Shown here piece after piece: positions 1-13,028 of a stretch of 64,000 bases of DNA. The stretch comes from Octopus vulgaris (lineage: Eukaryota), in the NCBI GenBank assembly GCA_951406725.2, contig OX597816.1, positions 98,022,001 to 98,086,000 of the forward strand, in the 5' to 3' direction. The position numbers and the translations under genes were made by a program. Every line of letters starts with the position of its first letter. The stretch's first letter is position 1. The notes beneath the pieces were generated by a model, which was not told the origin of the DNA, did no database searches, and saw only the letters and a list, made by a program, of their open reading frames with translations.

Positions 1-235
1 AAAAAGTAATCCTCATTTCTCGTTTACCAGCATAATGGCAATGCATCAAAATATATTCTACTTGCTCTCAGATCGGAAACATGGTCAAAATATTTACAGC
101 AATGTAGAGTCAGTTAAACATATCGATTTGATAGTAACAGTTTTTAAACAATGAAACCTGTAGGAAAGCAATAGAAATATGGCCAGGATTAAAGCTATGG
201 GGAAGAATGCGTGTGCAAAGTTCTAAGAGAGGACA

Positions 236-381
236 TTATTTACATTATTTATATTCGACGGATATTTGTCCTCATATTATTTGTTAAACACACAACGTTT
301 TGGCTGATATACCCTCCAGCCTTCATCAGGTGTCTTGGGGAAATTTCGAACTTGGGTTCTCATTCCTAAGGAATTTTTCGA

Positions 382-418
<37 letters not shown>

Positions 419-523
419 GTAGTTGTTGTTGTTGTGGTTGTTGCTGTTGTTCAGATCACTGCTTGGAATCGAACTCGGAATCTTGGGGTTAGCAGCCCGC
501 GCTCTTAACCACTACGCTATAGG
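236..523 (-). mobile_element. Penelope-like terminal repeat (tRNA-like head + (CAA/AAT)n + hammerhead region), left arm of a fold-back
   Basis: Reverse complement matches 524-683 plus 3225-3470 and the PLE 3' end at 32520-32830 (ggaatgagaaccca...ccccaagacacctga...ggctggaggg...cagcc.aaacgttgtgt...gaggacaaatatccgtc). Confidence 0.75.
288..335 (-). ncRNA. Type I hammerhead ribozyme, probably inactive (GAAA changed to AAAA)
   Basis: Minus strand reads GACAC-CUGAUGA-a-GGCUG-gagggtatat-CAGCC-AAAAC-GUU-GUGUG; the catalytic G12 is substituted. Confidence 0.7.
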
Positions 524-592
524 CATATGGCGTAGTGGATAAGAGCACGGGCTACTAACCCCAAGATTCCGAGTTCGATTCCAAGCAGTGAT
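522..592 (+). pseudogene. tRNA-derived sequence with Pol III A and B boxes (mirror copy at 455-523 on the - strand)
   Basis: A-box TGGCGTAGTGG 528-538, anticodon-like arm cggg-ctACTaa-cccc, B-box GAGTTCGATTC 571-581. The acceptor stem does not pair and there is no oligo-T terminator. Confidence 0.7.
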
Positions 593-628
593 CTGAACAA
601 CAGCAACAACCACAACAACAACAACTAC

Positions 629-684
<56 letters not shown>

Positions 685-686
<2 letters not shown>

Positions 687-809
687 TATCTACTTCAGAA
701 GGAAGGAAAACTGATACAAATAGCGGCAAAACACGAGCAAAAGAAAAAACTGTTCTCAGTATTTAAGGATGCTGACAAATACAAACAAGAAATCATACCA
801 CCTAATAAA

Positions 810-840
<31 letters not shown>

Positions 841-1747
841 AAGAAGAAGAAGAAGAAGAAGAAGAAGAAGAAGAAGAAGAAGAAACAACAAAAGCTATAA
901 AACAAATGAAATCCAAACTAAAAATAGAACAGCAACGAACCATGATAAAACGATGGCAAGAAAAGTCCCTTCATGGTAAATACTGGACTAAACTAAACGC
1001 AAAAGAAATAGACAAAGAAAAATCCCAGCAATGTTTGAGAAGCTCAGGACTCAAAGCAGAGACAGAGGGGTAATGAAAAGAAATATAACAAGTAACGGCA
1101 GAATATGCGGAGATGGACAAGAAACAAAAAATCATATTATCTCTAGCTGCTCAGTTCTGGCTAAGAAGGAATATATTCACAGACATGACAGAGTTGGAAC
1201 CTACATACATTGGAAGCTATGCCAACATTATGGAATAACAACAGAAAAAAGATGGTATAGGCACACACCAGAAAAGGTCACAGAAAACGAGAAAGCAACC
1301 ATACTCTGGGATATGCCAATACACACAGATAGATAAATTAAGGCCAACAGACCAGATATAGTTGTCAGAGATCATGAAGAAAAAAAATGCTTTCTGATAT
1401 CAATACCGGCAGATGACAACGTGTCTCTAAAAGAAATGGAGAAACTCTCAAAATACAAAGACCTGGAAATAGGGTAACCAGAATGTGGAATCTAAAAACA
1501 GAAACAATTCCTATCATAATAGGTGCATTAGGCATGATAATATTCAGACAAATACATACCAAAACCCCAGGACTTACAAACACATATAACATACAGAAAA
1601 TTGCACTACTAGGCACTGCACACATCCTACGCAGAACACTTTCCATACAATAACCATCAGAGCATCACAACAAATCACAGCACATACCTAAGGCAGACAG
1701 GGCTGCGCTCGGTAGTGAAGTGAAAGCACGCTATAGAAATAAAACTA

Positions 1748-1751
<4 letters not shown>
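685..1751 (+). mobile_element. 5'-truncated, degenerate R4/Dong-like non-LTR retrotransposon (CCHC + REL endonuclease, 3' UTR)
   Basis: Broken frames give WQEKSLHGKYW, RICG..ET..HIISSC, RHDRVG, ILWDMPIHTD, NRPDIVV and ILRRTLS*. It is flanked on both sides by (AAT)n and has an internal (GAA)n at 811-883. Confidence 0.85.
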
Positions 1752-1811
<60 letters not shown>

Positions 1812-1813
<2 letters not shown>

Positions 1814-3223
1814 CTGAACTAAATGCACGTAACAAGGTGTTAGTTATAAATTCCTTAGCAGTTCCAGTTGTTATTTATAGCTACAATGTGTTGAACTGGA
1901 ATATGAGTGAAGTAAAGAATATAGATAGAAAAATACGCAAGCTGCTGAGTTGTAATAGGATGCACCACCCAAAGGCAGACGTAGATCGCCTTTACCTTCC
2001 CAGAGCCCAAGGAGGTCGAGGCCTGATCCAATTTGAACTAGCTTACAAAACAACCACAATTGGACTGGCCAAATATCTCGAAATATCGAATGACTGGATG
2101 CTAAAGCTCGTGGAAAATCACGAGAGACGAAAGAAGCTTCATTCTATCATAAAGGAAAGCAAAAAATTTGCTATTGATCTCGTGCAGGATACCCAAACTG
2201 AACAACCCGAGGGAAGTACGGCAACTATTGTTGCAAAGAAGGTGAAAATGATGGCAATGAAAAAAGCGCACGAGCAATTGGCTGATAGGTGGGAGGAGAA
2301 ACCTCTGCACGGCAAATATGTGACCCGCAGCAAACAAGCTGATGTTGACCAGAAGCAAACCCATCAGTGGCTACGGAGCTCAGGGCTAAAAGCAGAGAGC
2401 GAAGGTTTCATCCTGGCTGCTCAAGATCAAAGCCTATTAACCCGGAACTATCGGGCCAATGTGATGAAAATGGAGCAGACCCAAAATGCCGATTCTGCAA
2501 CGACATGATTGAAACAGTGGACCACCTAATCTCTGGATGTAAAGTCTTAGCACCAGTGGAGTATAAATTAAGACATGACAGAGTTGGCCAATATCTCCAC
2601 TGGCTAATAAGTCGGCATTACAATATCAAAACTGCCGACAAGTGGTATAATCACCACCCTGAGGCTGTAACTGAAGGAGAAAATGTAACCATTCTGTGGG
2701 ACTTTCCAGTACATACAGAGCGAACCATCAAGGCCAATAAACCAGATATTGTTGTGAAAGACCAAAACAATAAAGTTTGCTTATTGATCGACATGAGCAT
2801 CCCCTGTGATCATAATATCTCAGCGAAAGAGTTTGACAAGCTCAGAAAATATAAAGACCTACTCATTGAAATTGAGAAAATGTGGCATCTCAAGGCGGTT
2901 ACAATACCAGTGATCGTAGGAGCACTAGGAATGATCAAGAAGGGAACCGAAAATTATATGAGAATGATCCCTGGCTTACCATCCCTGCAAGAAGTGCAAA
3001 AGATTGTCTTAACTGGTACATCACACGTATTGAGAAGAGCATTGTCGATGTGAGAATTGTTGCTGCTCATGTATTTTAATTTAACTTAAAAAAAAAAAAA
3101 AAAAATGAACGAACTACTGAGTTTGGTTTAATGGCCTACCAATGTATGAGCTTCTTTGCCCTAGGAGTCAGGAAGACACTCGGCAAGAAATGGAAGCAAA
3201 TTTGAAAGAAGAAGAAAAAAAAA

Positions 3224-3224
<1 letters not shown>
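1812..3224 (+). mobile_element. 5'-truncated R4/Dong-like non-LTR retrotransposon (RT C-terminus, CCHC knuckle, REL endonuclease), one frameshift near 2470
   Basis: ORFs 1837-2508 and 2367-3053: RLYLPRAQGGRGL, PLHGKY, AAQDQ, CRFC..ETVDHLISGC, RHDRVG, LWDF, NKPDIVV..LIDMSIP, KLRKYKDL. Flanked by (AAT)n on both sides. Confidence 0.9.
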
Positions 3225-3290
<66 letters not shown>

Positions 3291-3498
3291 TAATAATAAT
3301 GATAGTAATAACAACAACAACATGGAAATATACTTTAGGAATGAGAACCCAGGTTCGAAATTTCCCCAAGACACCTGAAGAAGGCTGGAGGGCATATCAG
3401 CCGAAACGTTGTGTTAACAACAAAGAAGATGAGGACAAATATCCGTCCAATGTAAATAATTTAAATACAGTACATGATTCTTCATCTCTTAAATATAG
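3225..3498 (+). mobile_element. Distal part of the Penelope-like terminal repeat (continuation of the 524-683 arm)
   Basis: Inverted match to 236-383 and match to 32520-32700 (-). Confidence 0.75.
3370..3415 (+). ncRNA. Minimal type I hammerhead ribozyme, intact core
   Basis: GACAC / CUGAAGA / a-GGCUG-gagggcatat-CAGCC / GAAA-CG-UU / GUGUU. Stem III is the palindrome ACGU; predicted cleavage triplet GUU. Confidence 0.8.
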
Positions 3499-4429
3499 AG
3501 GTGTATTTTCTAAGAGAGCAGTCACGCTTGTTGGTGATCTATTCTATCGATGAGGAGAAGAGAGCAAACAAATATCCCGTGTGCTCTAAATATGGAGGTG
3601 CTATGCCATACGCTTGTCGAAATATAATCTAAGGAATAAACCTGTATATAAACATGTATGAGATTAGAATTGTGCTCTGATTATGAATGTAAATTTGTTC
3701 ATCACGCGAACAACATTCTTTCGCTTCCAATTTTCACAAGCCCAATCGCTGATTAGAACTTAATTACTTCCATGTATTATTAAGGCAGAATTGTTTGTCA
3801 GATGCCGTATTATCAATGTTATACGTGTGCAATAGAAGGGTGGGAGTGTTAGAAGTTATAAATCCAAGTATCGATAGTTTTAAACTTTTATATGTGTGAG
3901 AGAGAAATGGAAAAGCTAGAGTATCGACCGTGCAGTCTCATCAAGCTAAAATTCGAGCTAATTAAGGCTGTCGAGCAGTAAACAAAAGCCAGAACGAGGT
4001 ATGCATTAGATATTCTGCCAGAAATTTTAGGCAAATGTTTCTCTCAATCCCACTCAAAGTAAAATTGGTCATCGTATTGGAATCCATGTCCAGTTCCTGG
4101 TCCAGCTGCCAAACGATAGTAAACCGTACCCCGAGTACTTTTCACCCCACCCCTCGTCCTACATGGTGTTCGAGACGGTGAGTTTACTCATTTCACTGCT
4201 TCATATTACTACTATTTCCCTTGTTCTTGCTGCTATTATTGTTAGGGTTGACATTGGAATTTTACTTGGTCTTGGTGTTTTGAATGGTCGACCTTACCAT
4301 TCATCCTACGGTGATCAATATTATAAACCACCAGTGAAATCTCAGGATCGATGTAACCTATTGACACTTAAAAAACTGATGGCACTGTAGTTGAATTAGA
4401 AACAATTATTAGATTATCATTCACAAAGC

Positions 4430-5420
4430 TTAATATGATGGCCAGTTATTGTAGTGATAAATTTCTGATGGCTCATGTTCAGGACAGGTCCTTCACTCGT
4501 GTGCGCCGCTGTCATCCATCTTCTCGACACATATACCAAAAGACAGAATTTCCCGCCATATCGATAGATTCTTTTTCAGATGATGTCTTTGTTAATTATA
4601 ATTGGTTTGTCTTCAGCTTTGTCCATATTATTTCATTCGCCTTAGGCACCAAGTACATCCAGACGGCTTGGCCTTCTCAGCCAGAGAGAAGCTGTGGGAT
4701 TATTTTTAATGGATTCAGCAGTTCCGTCGTTTTGCATGCATATTGGATAGGCCGGAATAACAGCACTTTTGTGCGTGTATATTTTATCATGAGCGGGCAC
4801 TATACTCCAGTAGGGCTGCCAGGCCCCGAATTTGTGGTATATGTCCATGGGTCAAAGAGCAGCAATTTGACTTTCAATGATGTGATAAGTTGCATGGAGA
4901 ACCTTATTCATTTGCCTTGGGATTAATAAACTTTCCTCTGTTCACCTTGCCACGCCTGTTGGTGTCGTTAGCGTTTGACGATATTTGAGGTGCCTCGAGC
5001 ACCGTCTCGGTATTCGATTGACCTAGGAATGCGTTTCAATGAAAGAACCGAGCTTGGTATAGCACCTCTAACAAAACGGAAAGCTCAAATGTTCACCGTC
5101 AACGATTTGCTGGAAATGCTGTAACCTTCTCACATGTTTGCACATCATCAGCCACAACATGGTCAGTCATTCAGTCAGCAAGTGTTGACATCAAATGCAG
5201 CGTCTGTCTAGTGAAACAGGTCCTTTCCACAAAAGTGTGACAGCAGACGCTTTAACCTGGTGGGACATAAACTAGAGCAATGCGCAATGGCGACGTAATA
5301 ATAAGTCACAGACGTGATGTAGTGATTCGCAATCTCTACCCAAACTTTCAAGGATAGTGTTTTCTGAATCCATTCCTGTGTGTGACTAGACACTCTCTTC
5401 GGCACTTCGCCCTATTTTTC
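4430..5420 (-). mobile_element. Highly degenerate LTR-retrotransposon integrase-like relic
   Basis: Weak motif resemblance only (DIYHKFG..., THKSAVIPAYP..QNDGTAE similar to H..TTAYHPQ.NG.AE; an upstream H..C-like zinc-finger remnant). GC content is locally higher. Confidence 0.35.
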
Positions 5421-6721
5421 ATTTTGGAGATTTGGTCTAAACATGATCCCCTTGTAGTTTAACTGCTCTTTGGATACGACGCTAGCATTCACCAGCCGCT
5501 GCAGTTGCTAATCTTAAAGACCACTGGCTTTTCCTCCTTCTTTCGCTTCCTGTCACAGTTTCGTAGTCACGCAGAGTGGTACCAATCCTCTTGTTGCAGC
5601 TTTTGTCTTAGAGTACGAGCGTGACATAATCCACATTTACAAGCAAGGATATTCCGCATCCTAGTTATCGTATTAGTGGCTCAAGTGTCAGTATGTACAT
5701 AAAAGAAGATGGTAAAATTATCTTCAAGAACATAGAATATAACACTGAAGATTTCCAGTTGCTGGACAGCCTCGCCAACCAGAGGGAAAATTTCGCTCTA
5801 CACGTTGATGGTCTAACATGGTAAGATGTAAACGGTATTAGCAGCTGTTTGAACGACCATCAAATCTATATTCAGATTATAACTTCGTGTACTAGTTTAA
5901 GGAAAAATTGCCTTCAGTACATCCTAATTGCGCAGTAAAAACCCATAATGCAGAGGCAAAGTAAAATTTGTTGAAGTAATCTTTTTTATGTCAAATACTT
6001 CCAAACTTATACGATTCAGATTCAACAATACAATATATCATCGTAAACTGAAGAAGCATCCATAACCTGCTGGGAATGTTACAAGAGTGGCAGCACCAAC
6101 TGAGAACGTAAAACGATACATCTAAACCCCACAATGTATCTTACTAGGTGCTCTATCAATTCAACTAATCAGAATTAATTTTCAAAATGTACGTCGAAAG
6201 TCAGACTAATACAGTTGAAGTAGTATCAGTACGATACAAAATGTGTCTAACCTACTTGACGTTAGTTTTATTGATACTTGAGTGTATTTCAAGTGAGATT
6301 TATGATATTTTCCTTAAATATGACAAAATCAAAAGAAATAAATATATGTTATTGCAATTCACTTTTTGTTCAGTGCAACTTTAGATTATTTAAATCTTGT
6401 GTATTTCAGTCTGAAAACTATGGAATACAAAGAGGAATATTGAATGTTACATTTCGGTGTAATTATACGGGATTTCTGATAAAATGAAATACGCTATTCT
6501 AAATAATTTCTTATACAATTAAGTCGACAGACCAAACACGTTTTATATAACTACGCGTATATTTAATGGGGGTTCTATGTGGTTTTTTAAATTTATATTT
6601 TGCACTTCAAAGTTCAAAACTCAGTGAAGTCATCTTTACTGTCATTTTTCCAAGGGTAAATAAAATATTCAAGAAAAAACATGAACATTATTTGTGAAAA
6701 TTTACACGTTGTATATCATTA

Positions 6722-6919
6722 CAGTTATCCCTCGACTATCGCGAGTTCTATGTTCCAAAACCCCCTACGATAGGTGAAAACCTGCGAAGTAGAAACAGTG
6801 CTGTATATATTTTTTATTATTTTTATAATTTGTACATATTTATTTTATTATAAATGCAAAACAACGCCACGGGGGAATCGACGTAAGCTTAAATAATAAA
6901 CCACGATAAGGGATTATTG
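6722..6919. mobile_element. Tigger/pogo-like MITE
   Basis: TA|CAGTTATCCCT ... AGGGATTATTG|TA: imperfect TIRs with a TA TSD. Confidence 0.6.
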
Positions 6920-7195
6920 TATTGTTAAGAATATAGGGTATTAAAAAGAGAGAGAGAGAGAGAGAGAAAAGAAACCTATTATCAACAACAGCGACTGAAA
7001 GAAAACAATCCTCTGCGATTTAACGATTGGAAGAACAAGTAGCATGTTACTGAGTTCATGCAAAAATTAATCATATATAACAGTAGGTAGGGATGGAATA
7101 AACGAATATATCCTGGAGCAAAAGAATAATGCTTTCCTGAAAATATTTCTCGTGTGAATAAGAATTTTCGAAAAAATTGAGACATGCTAGGTAAT

Positions 7196-7196
<1 letters not shown>

Positions 7197-7270
<74 letters not shown>
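7197..7270. repeat. (AGT)n microsatellite
   Basis: Direct reading. Confidence 0.95.
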
Positions 7271-8904
7271 CACCAGCAGCAGCAGCAATAGTAGTATGAG
7301 GGCATGCGCTGAAGCAACGCATCATTCCAACCATCATTTGCTAGTGATTCCTTACCGCACCTGACGGATGATGCCTCTGCACCACTCACTCATGCTACAA
7401 TCCACCAACCGATGGGTCTGTTTCAGTAATCACGTTCAAGAACTGAATCCACCATCATGATTGCATCACCTTGACCCAGAAGGTCATGTACATTCACAGC
7501 TATAGATTATCCCTAATTAAAACAAAATAGGTTCCTTTCACCGGCCATTTGCAAACCAGCACGCTACAATTATGAGTACGATGTACCCATATTCATTTAC
7601 CAGATTAAGTGATGCGTGAAAATGTTGATAATTACAGAATGATGTCAAAGGTAATAAATTTAGATGAGATCAAGTGAAACCAATATTTCTAAGTGACAGC
7701 TAACTTTTTCTTTACTGATGACTACAACATCATTGCTTCTATCAGTCAACTTGGACAGAGTAGTCTTGCGGTGTCATTTTCTGGGAGCATGTATCTAAAA
7801 TTAAGCACAAATGTTTCAGAATATGGTGGTAGGATGGGTAATTCTAGTTGATTTTCAACATTAGCGGTCAGCATTATTTTCAGAAGGCGGCAGACGTAGG
7901 CTGTAATGGCAAATTGTTTGAAATGCTAGATTTTTGAAATCATGCTTAGGAACATCTTATTCGTTAAAGTAGGTGGAAATGTCGAATGGTATCTTCGACG
8001 TACTCTTAGATCATGTATGAGTAACCGATAGAATAAGTGGAAAAAGCATAGCGAGCATGATTTGGCTGTTAGAATAATCTGACAAGCGCTTTCTAAATTT
8101 CCTGAATGCACTGTTTTACACTTAGATAAAACACTGTGGAACATCCAGACTGGATTGGAATTCTATTAGATAAGCATTAACTAAAAGTAAGGGTAAAATG
8201 TTTACAGTTGAGGTTGTTGTCTAAAGAGACCACATACGTGATTCGTACAGCTGAAATTGAAGAGACTATTAGAAAACACAAAAACATCCCAAACCTTAGG
8301 AGTATTCAGGAGATGTGCCACCATAATTGCTGTTTCCTACGTAATAAAGCCATCAGTAACAAGAGCAAAAACATAAACGAAATAAGAAATCAAATAGTAC
8401 AATGTATAAGAAAGTGATTGAAAACATAAAAAGAAATACCAACAGCAATAATGCAATAATGCCACAATGTGAATGAGATTAACAACAAAATGGTAAAAAA
8501 AAGAAAGATCTACAAACATTTACAATATAATAAATATGACATCCGGCTTCTCGTAATGGCATCAGTGGAAAAGCAAAAAATGTCATATATCTAGGAGTAC
8601 GACCAACCGAATAGTACGAAATCAAGGCAAAATAAAAATAAAGTTCAGAGAACTCCTAAACTCCAAATACCAGCACAAACAATGCAATAACAACAAAACA
8701 GTAACAACTACAGCATCAGGAGTGAAAGTAACAACAAATCAGAACCTACGCCTTAGTCAAAGGAAACTCCCAAGGTGTTTCTCTACGCTTGCAGTTCATA
8801 TACTATTCTATCACAGAATTTCCAAATATAACAGCTCAAGAAAACATTAGAATGGATTTAATAAAAAGAATATTTTAATTTTTCATCGTTATTGTTGTTT
8901 TATT

Positions 8905-9795
8905 ATAAAGACGGCCAGTTGGCAGAATGGTTATCACAATGTATAAAAGGCTTAGAAGCATTTATTTCGTGTATACTCTCAAGTTCTACAGCGGTAGGCT
9001 TTGCCTTTCTTTCGTCAATAATAATTGCGTTATGATTATTATCAAAACGGTGAACTGAGAGAACCGTTAGCACGCAGAACAAACCGCTTAGCAGCATTTC
9101 GTTCGTCTGAGTTCAAATTCCGCCGAAATTGGCTTTGATGTTCATCTTTGCGGTGTCGATAAAAAAGAGTACCAATTGAGAAATGGGGTCGATGTAATCG
9201 GTAGCTCCCTGTCCCAAAATTTTAGGCTTTGAGCATAGGTGTGACTGGGTCGTAAGAAACTTGCTTCCCAACCACATGGTTTACGTTCAGTCCCACTGTG
9301 TTGTACCTCGGGCAAGTGTCTTTTACTGTAGCTTCGGGCTAACCAAAACCTTGTGAGTGGAATTGTTAGACGGAAAGTGAAAGAAGCCCGTCTTATGTGT
9401 GTATGTGTGTCTAGATTTACTATAATGTTTTCATGTCATGTTTCTCGCTAGTCAGAGCTGTTATTTGGCAGCTGCTGGGATTCTACAGTATGATGTGTGT
9501 GGGGGGGGGGGAGGGGGAGGTGCGTGTGTGTGTTTGCCCCAAACACTTGACAACCGTTGTTGGTTCGGATACGTTCCCGTAAAATAGCGGTTCGGAAAAG
9601 AGAGAGAGAGAGAGAGAGAATAAGTACCAGGCTTAAAATGAATAAATGCTGGGATTTATTCATTCGATTAAAAGTTCTTCAGGGTGGTGACCCAGCATGC
9701 TCGCAGTCTAATGTGTGAAACACCGGACTAAATGTGTTGTGGTATTTCGTCCGTTTTTACGTTCTGTGTTCAAATTCCACTGAGGCCAACTTTCT
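8905..9795 (+). mobile_element. Cluster of tRNA-derived SINE copies and fragments (two octopus-type families)
   Basis: Heads with gagttcaaattccgcc and gttcagtcccactg B-box regions. Body and tail are shared with 11053-11438, 12198-12360 and 30293-30765. Confidence 0.75.
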
Positions 9796-11052
9796 GCCGA
9801 AATATTATTATTGTTACTGTTGTTCTTGTTACAATGGCGTGCATTATACAATGTGAATACAATTGTAATAATGATGTTGAAATTTTCTACTTCTTTTCTC
9901 CAACGTCTGTATTCCTGCCTAATTAAAAACGAAACAGTTTGAACAGTGACACGTTCTTAAATAGGAAACGTTGAATATTGTTCACTAGTTTGCGTTTCCT
10001 GTGCCTTATCATTATGCATGACAATGAGTTAATTGTATACCACATACTCGTTCACTGATCTAATGCTATCGTAAACTGATCTTAAACTGCATTTCGGTGT
10101 CGTTGCAGAAATTATGTTACTACTTCGAAAAAGTATCTGGGATCTTTCACTTTTGGTGAGCCGTAATATAAGAATATGGAATCTTGTTTCGTGTTGCATA
10201 GATTGTGCTGTTTATTTTGTTGTGTCTAGCGTTACTATCGCGTTACGTCTGTTTATCTTGCAGAATATGCTCGATGTCTTATTTTTGGCATACTTCATTT
10301 GGTTTTATTTGTTTTCAATACTTATGTATTTGTTATTTAAATATCAGCCTATTTTGGGATGATATGTCGAGCTGTCTGCTTTGACATGTTTGGTTTTATG
10401 TATTTGTTCATAAAATTCTACCGAGAGTAAGACAAATCTCACTCTATAGTTTGAAGAAAGGAATGACAAAGTTTAAAATGTATATACCATTATGTACAAA
10501 AATGATGAGCTGATCATCATCTCAATGCATTTGTGCATACATTTGTTTGATCACAACCATGCAAGAATTAAGGAAGAAAACAATAAAAATGATGACAAAT
10601 GTAATTGCAATAAATTAACTGTAGTAAGAAGATGAATTTACAAGATTGATTTTAGAATATTATCGATTTTAACACCAAATCGACTTAGGTGGAAATTTCT
10701 GGATTTACTATAATGTTTACAACTAGTGTGTCTCGCTAACTAGTGCTGCTATTTGGCCGATACTGGGATTCTGTAGTACGGTACAATATCCACGTACTCT
10801 CAGGTGTAGCCAGTCGAAATAGTAACTGATGTCAGTCACCGTATAATACAGTTTTTCAACTTTTAGGATAACGCTAGTGAGGCAGAGAGGTCTGATAGTT
10901 TACAATATACCTACACCCAAATTTGCATACTGATAGGACTTCTCCTCAAATCCTGACAGACCATATCTCTCTCTCTTTTTCGACTCCTCTCTCTCTCTCT
11001 CTCTCTCGACGTTTGCTAATGAATGAAACGTAAACAAGAGCAACAATTAGAA

Positions 11053-11438
11053 TACTCTTTTACTCTTTTACTTGTTTCAGTCATTTGACTGCGACCATGC
11101 TGGAGCACCGCTTTTAGTCGAGCAAATCGACCCCAGGACTTATTCTTTGTAAGCCTAGTACTTATTCTATTGGTCTCTTTTGCCGAACCGCTAAGTTACG
11201 GAGATGTAAACACACCAGCACCGGTTGCCATGCGGACGAATACAGACACACAAACATACACACACACGCACACACACACACACACCGATATATATTCCGT
11301 CTACTAAATCCACTCACAAGGCTTTGGTCGGTCCGAGGCTATATTAGAAGCCACTTGCCCAACGTTCAACGCAGTGGGACTGAACCCAGAGCCATGTGGT
11401 TGGTAAGCAAGTTACTTACCACACAGCCACTTCTGCGC
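11053..11438 (-). mobile_element. Near full-length tRNA-derived SINE with internal (TG)n and (AAGAGT)n-like tail
   Basis: Minus strand: gcgcagaagtggctgtgtggtaag...gggttcagtcccactgcg...gcctt gtgagtggattt...cagcatggtcgcagtcaaatgactgaaacaagtaaaagagtaaaagagta. Confidence 0.85.
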
Positions 11439-12197
11439 ATGAGACAATAAAAATAATTACAAAATTACAATCACAAAGCAGACAATAAAGACAATTACAA
11501 TATAATTCTGAATAACAATAACTATTTCAACCGAGTACAGATGGATTTCAACGCGGTTCTATGTCTTTGCATTAAAATCTTTTACAGTCCAGTTTCCCAT
11601 GTAAAAATTAATACATAACTGGATAGTATACTCCTAGGTGCACAATGACTGAAAATGCTATCACAGTATGATTTGCTTAATCAATATTAACGTAGTGATC
11701 CTCATCTTCTTCATTCTCTTCTAAAACCACCAGCACCAGTACCACCAGCCCCAGCACAACCAGCACTACCAGCACCAGCATCAGCACCACCAGCACCACA
11801 ACAACAAGAGTAATGACAATAATAGAGTGAATGTAAAGATCCGGAACAGTAGCAGCCTTTATGATTAATGTATGAATAACGCATGGAAATATCTATGTCG
11901 TCATCTAATGCCCTAGAAACAGTAGCAAATTGCTCTCAAATTACAATATCTTCTTTCTTAAAATTAATGGAAATACACATTGGATACTACGCGCATATAT
12001 TTTTATTTACTTTGCACTTGCGGTTACGGTAGTAACGAAACATACACAGACATACTATATAGTAAAGAAATAAAATAATATTTTTACGATTGGTGCTCAG
12101 ATGTCTGCCCTGATTGACGCTTTTAAAAAAATATATAATTTTAAATATTAGTAATATTTGCAATATTTATTAAAATTAAATAGGAATTTTATCATTA

Positions 12198-12360
12198 GGC
12201 GCAGGCGTGGCAGTATGGTAAGAAGCGTGCTTCTCGTCTACATGGTTCCGGGTTCAGTCCCACTGCGTGGTAACTTGGGCAACTGTTTTCCACTATAGCC
12301 TCGGGCCAACCAAAACCTAGTGTGAGGATGTGGTAGACGGAAACTGAAAGAAACCCGTAA
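12198..12360 (+). mobile_element. SINE 5' half (same family as 11053-11438); its 3' end resumes at about 13094-13177
   Basis: ggcgcaggcgtggcagtatggtaag...gggttcagtcccactgcg. The tail cagcatggccactgtcaaatgactgaaagaagtaaaa lies at 13130-13170. Confidence 0.8.
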
Positions 12361-12368
12361 TACCTATA

Positions 12369-12426
<58 letters not shown>

Positions 12427-12662
12427 TAAGGGTAGAAATTGATATTTATCAATTAAAATCAGTGGTCTAGCATATTAAAAAAGAATCCGAAATTAAAATA
12501 TTTATATTTACCAATTAAGGACTGAACACGAAAAGTGGACAGTCAACATGCTAGATATAGACGTCAAACCGCCATTCTCCACAAAAGATTATGTTCTCAA
12601 ATCAAACTCAGCACAAAACCAAAACAATAAACAAGTGAAAATATACGAAATAAAATAATTAC

Positions 12663-12726
12663 CCATGTACTGATCAGTTTCGGTTATTATTATCCGCAAG
12701 GATAACTGTAGCATTCATCAGCATGG
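12663..12726 (-). ncRNA. Type I hammerhead ribozyme (inverted copy)
   Basis: Minus strand: CCAUG-CUGAUGA-[stem II with UUAUCC/GGAUAA]-GAAA-CUGAUCAG-UA-CAUGG. Confidence 0.8.
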
Positions 12727-12964
12727 CCCGTTATAAATGCAATTTGCTGGACTAGATGCAAAAACGATACCGGAGTATCGCGTGCATGGAATTCAACCTA
12801 TTACATTCGAATGTATCTTTCAAATGCCTTTACTTTGGCGTGTTGAGACCCGAAAAAACCAGCCTGCAGCTAATAATTAGCAGCAGTCAATTTACCGGTT
12901 AGAGAACATTTATTTATATAAAATTAATTAAGGGTAGAAATTGATATTTATCAATTAAAACGGG

Positions 12965-13028
12965 CCATGCTGATGAATGCTACAGTTATCCTTGCGGATA
13001 ATAATAGCCGAAACTGATCAGTACATGG
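12965..13028 (+). ncRNA. Type I hammerhead ribozyme
   Basis: Stem I CCAUG/CAUGG; core CUGAUGA 12970-12976; stem II GCUA..UUAUCC-uugc-GGAUAA..UAGC; GAAA 13010-13013; palindromic stem III ACUGAUCAGU; cleavage triplet GUA. Confidence 0.85.

Noticed and set aside
522-592. Functional tRNA-Ser(ACT) gene
   Set aside because: The acceptor stem does not pair, there is no terminator, the anticodon is atypical, and it is embedded in a repeated mobile cassette.
4435-4926. 163-aa + strand ORF as a host gene
   Set aside because: No recognisable domain; probably antisense to a decayed retroelement relic.
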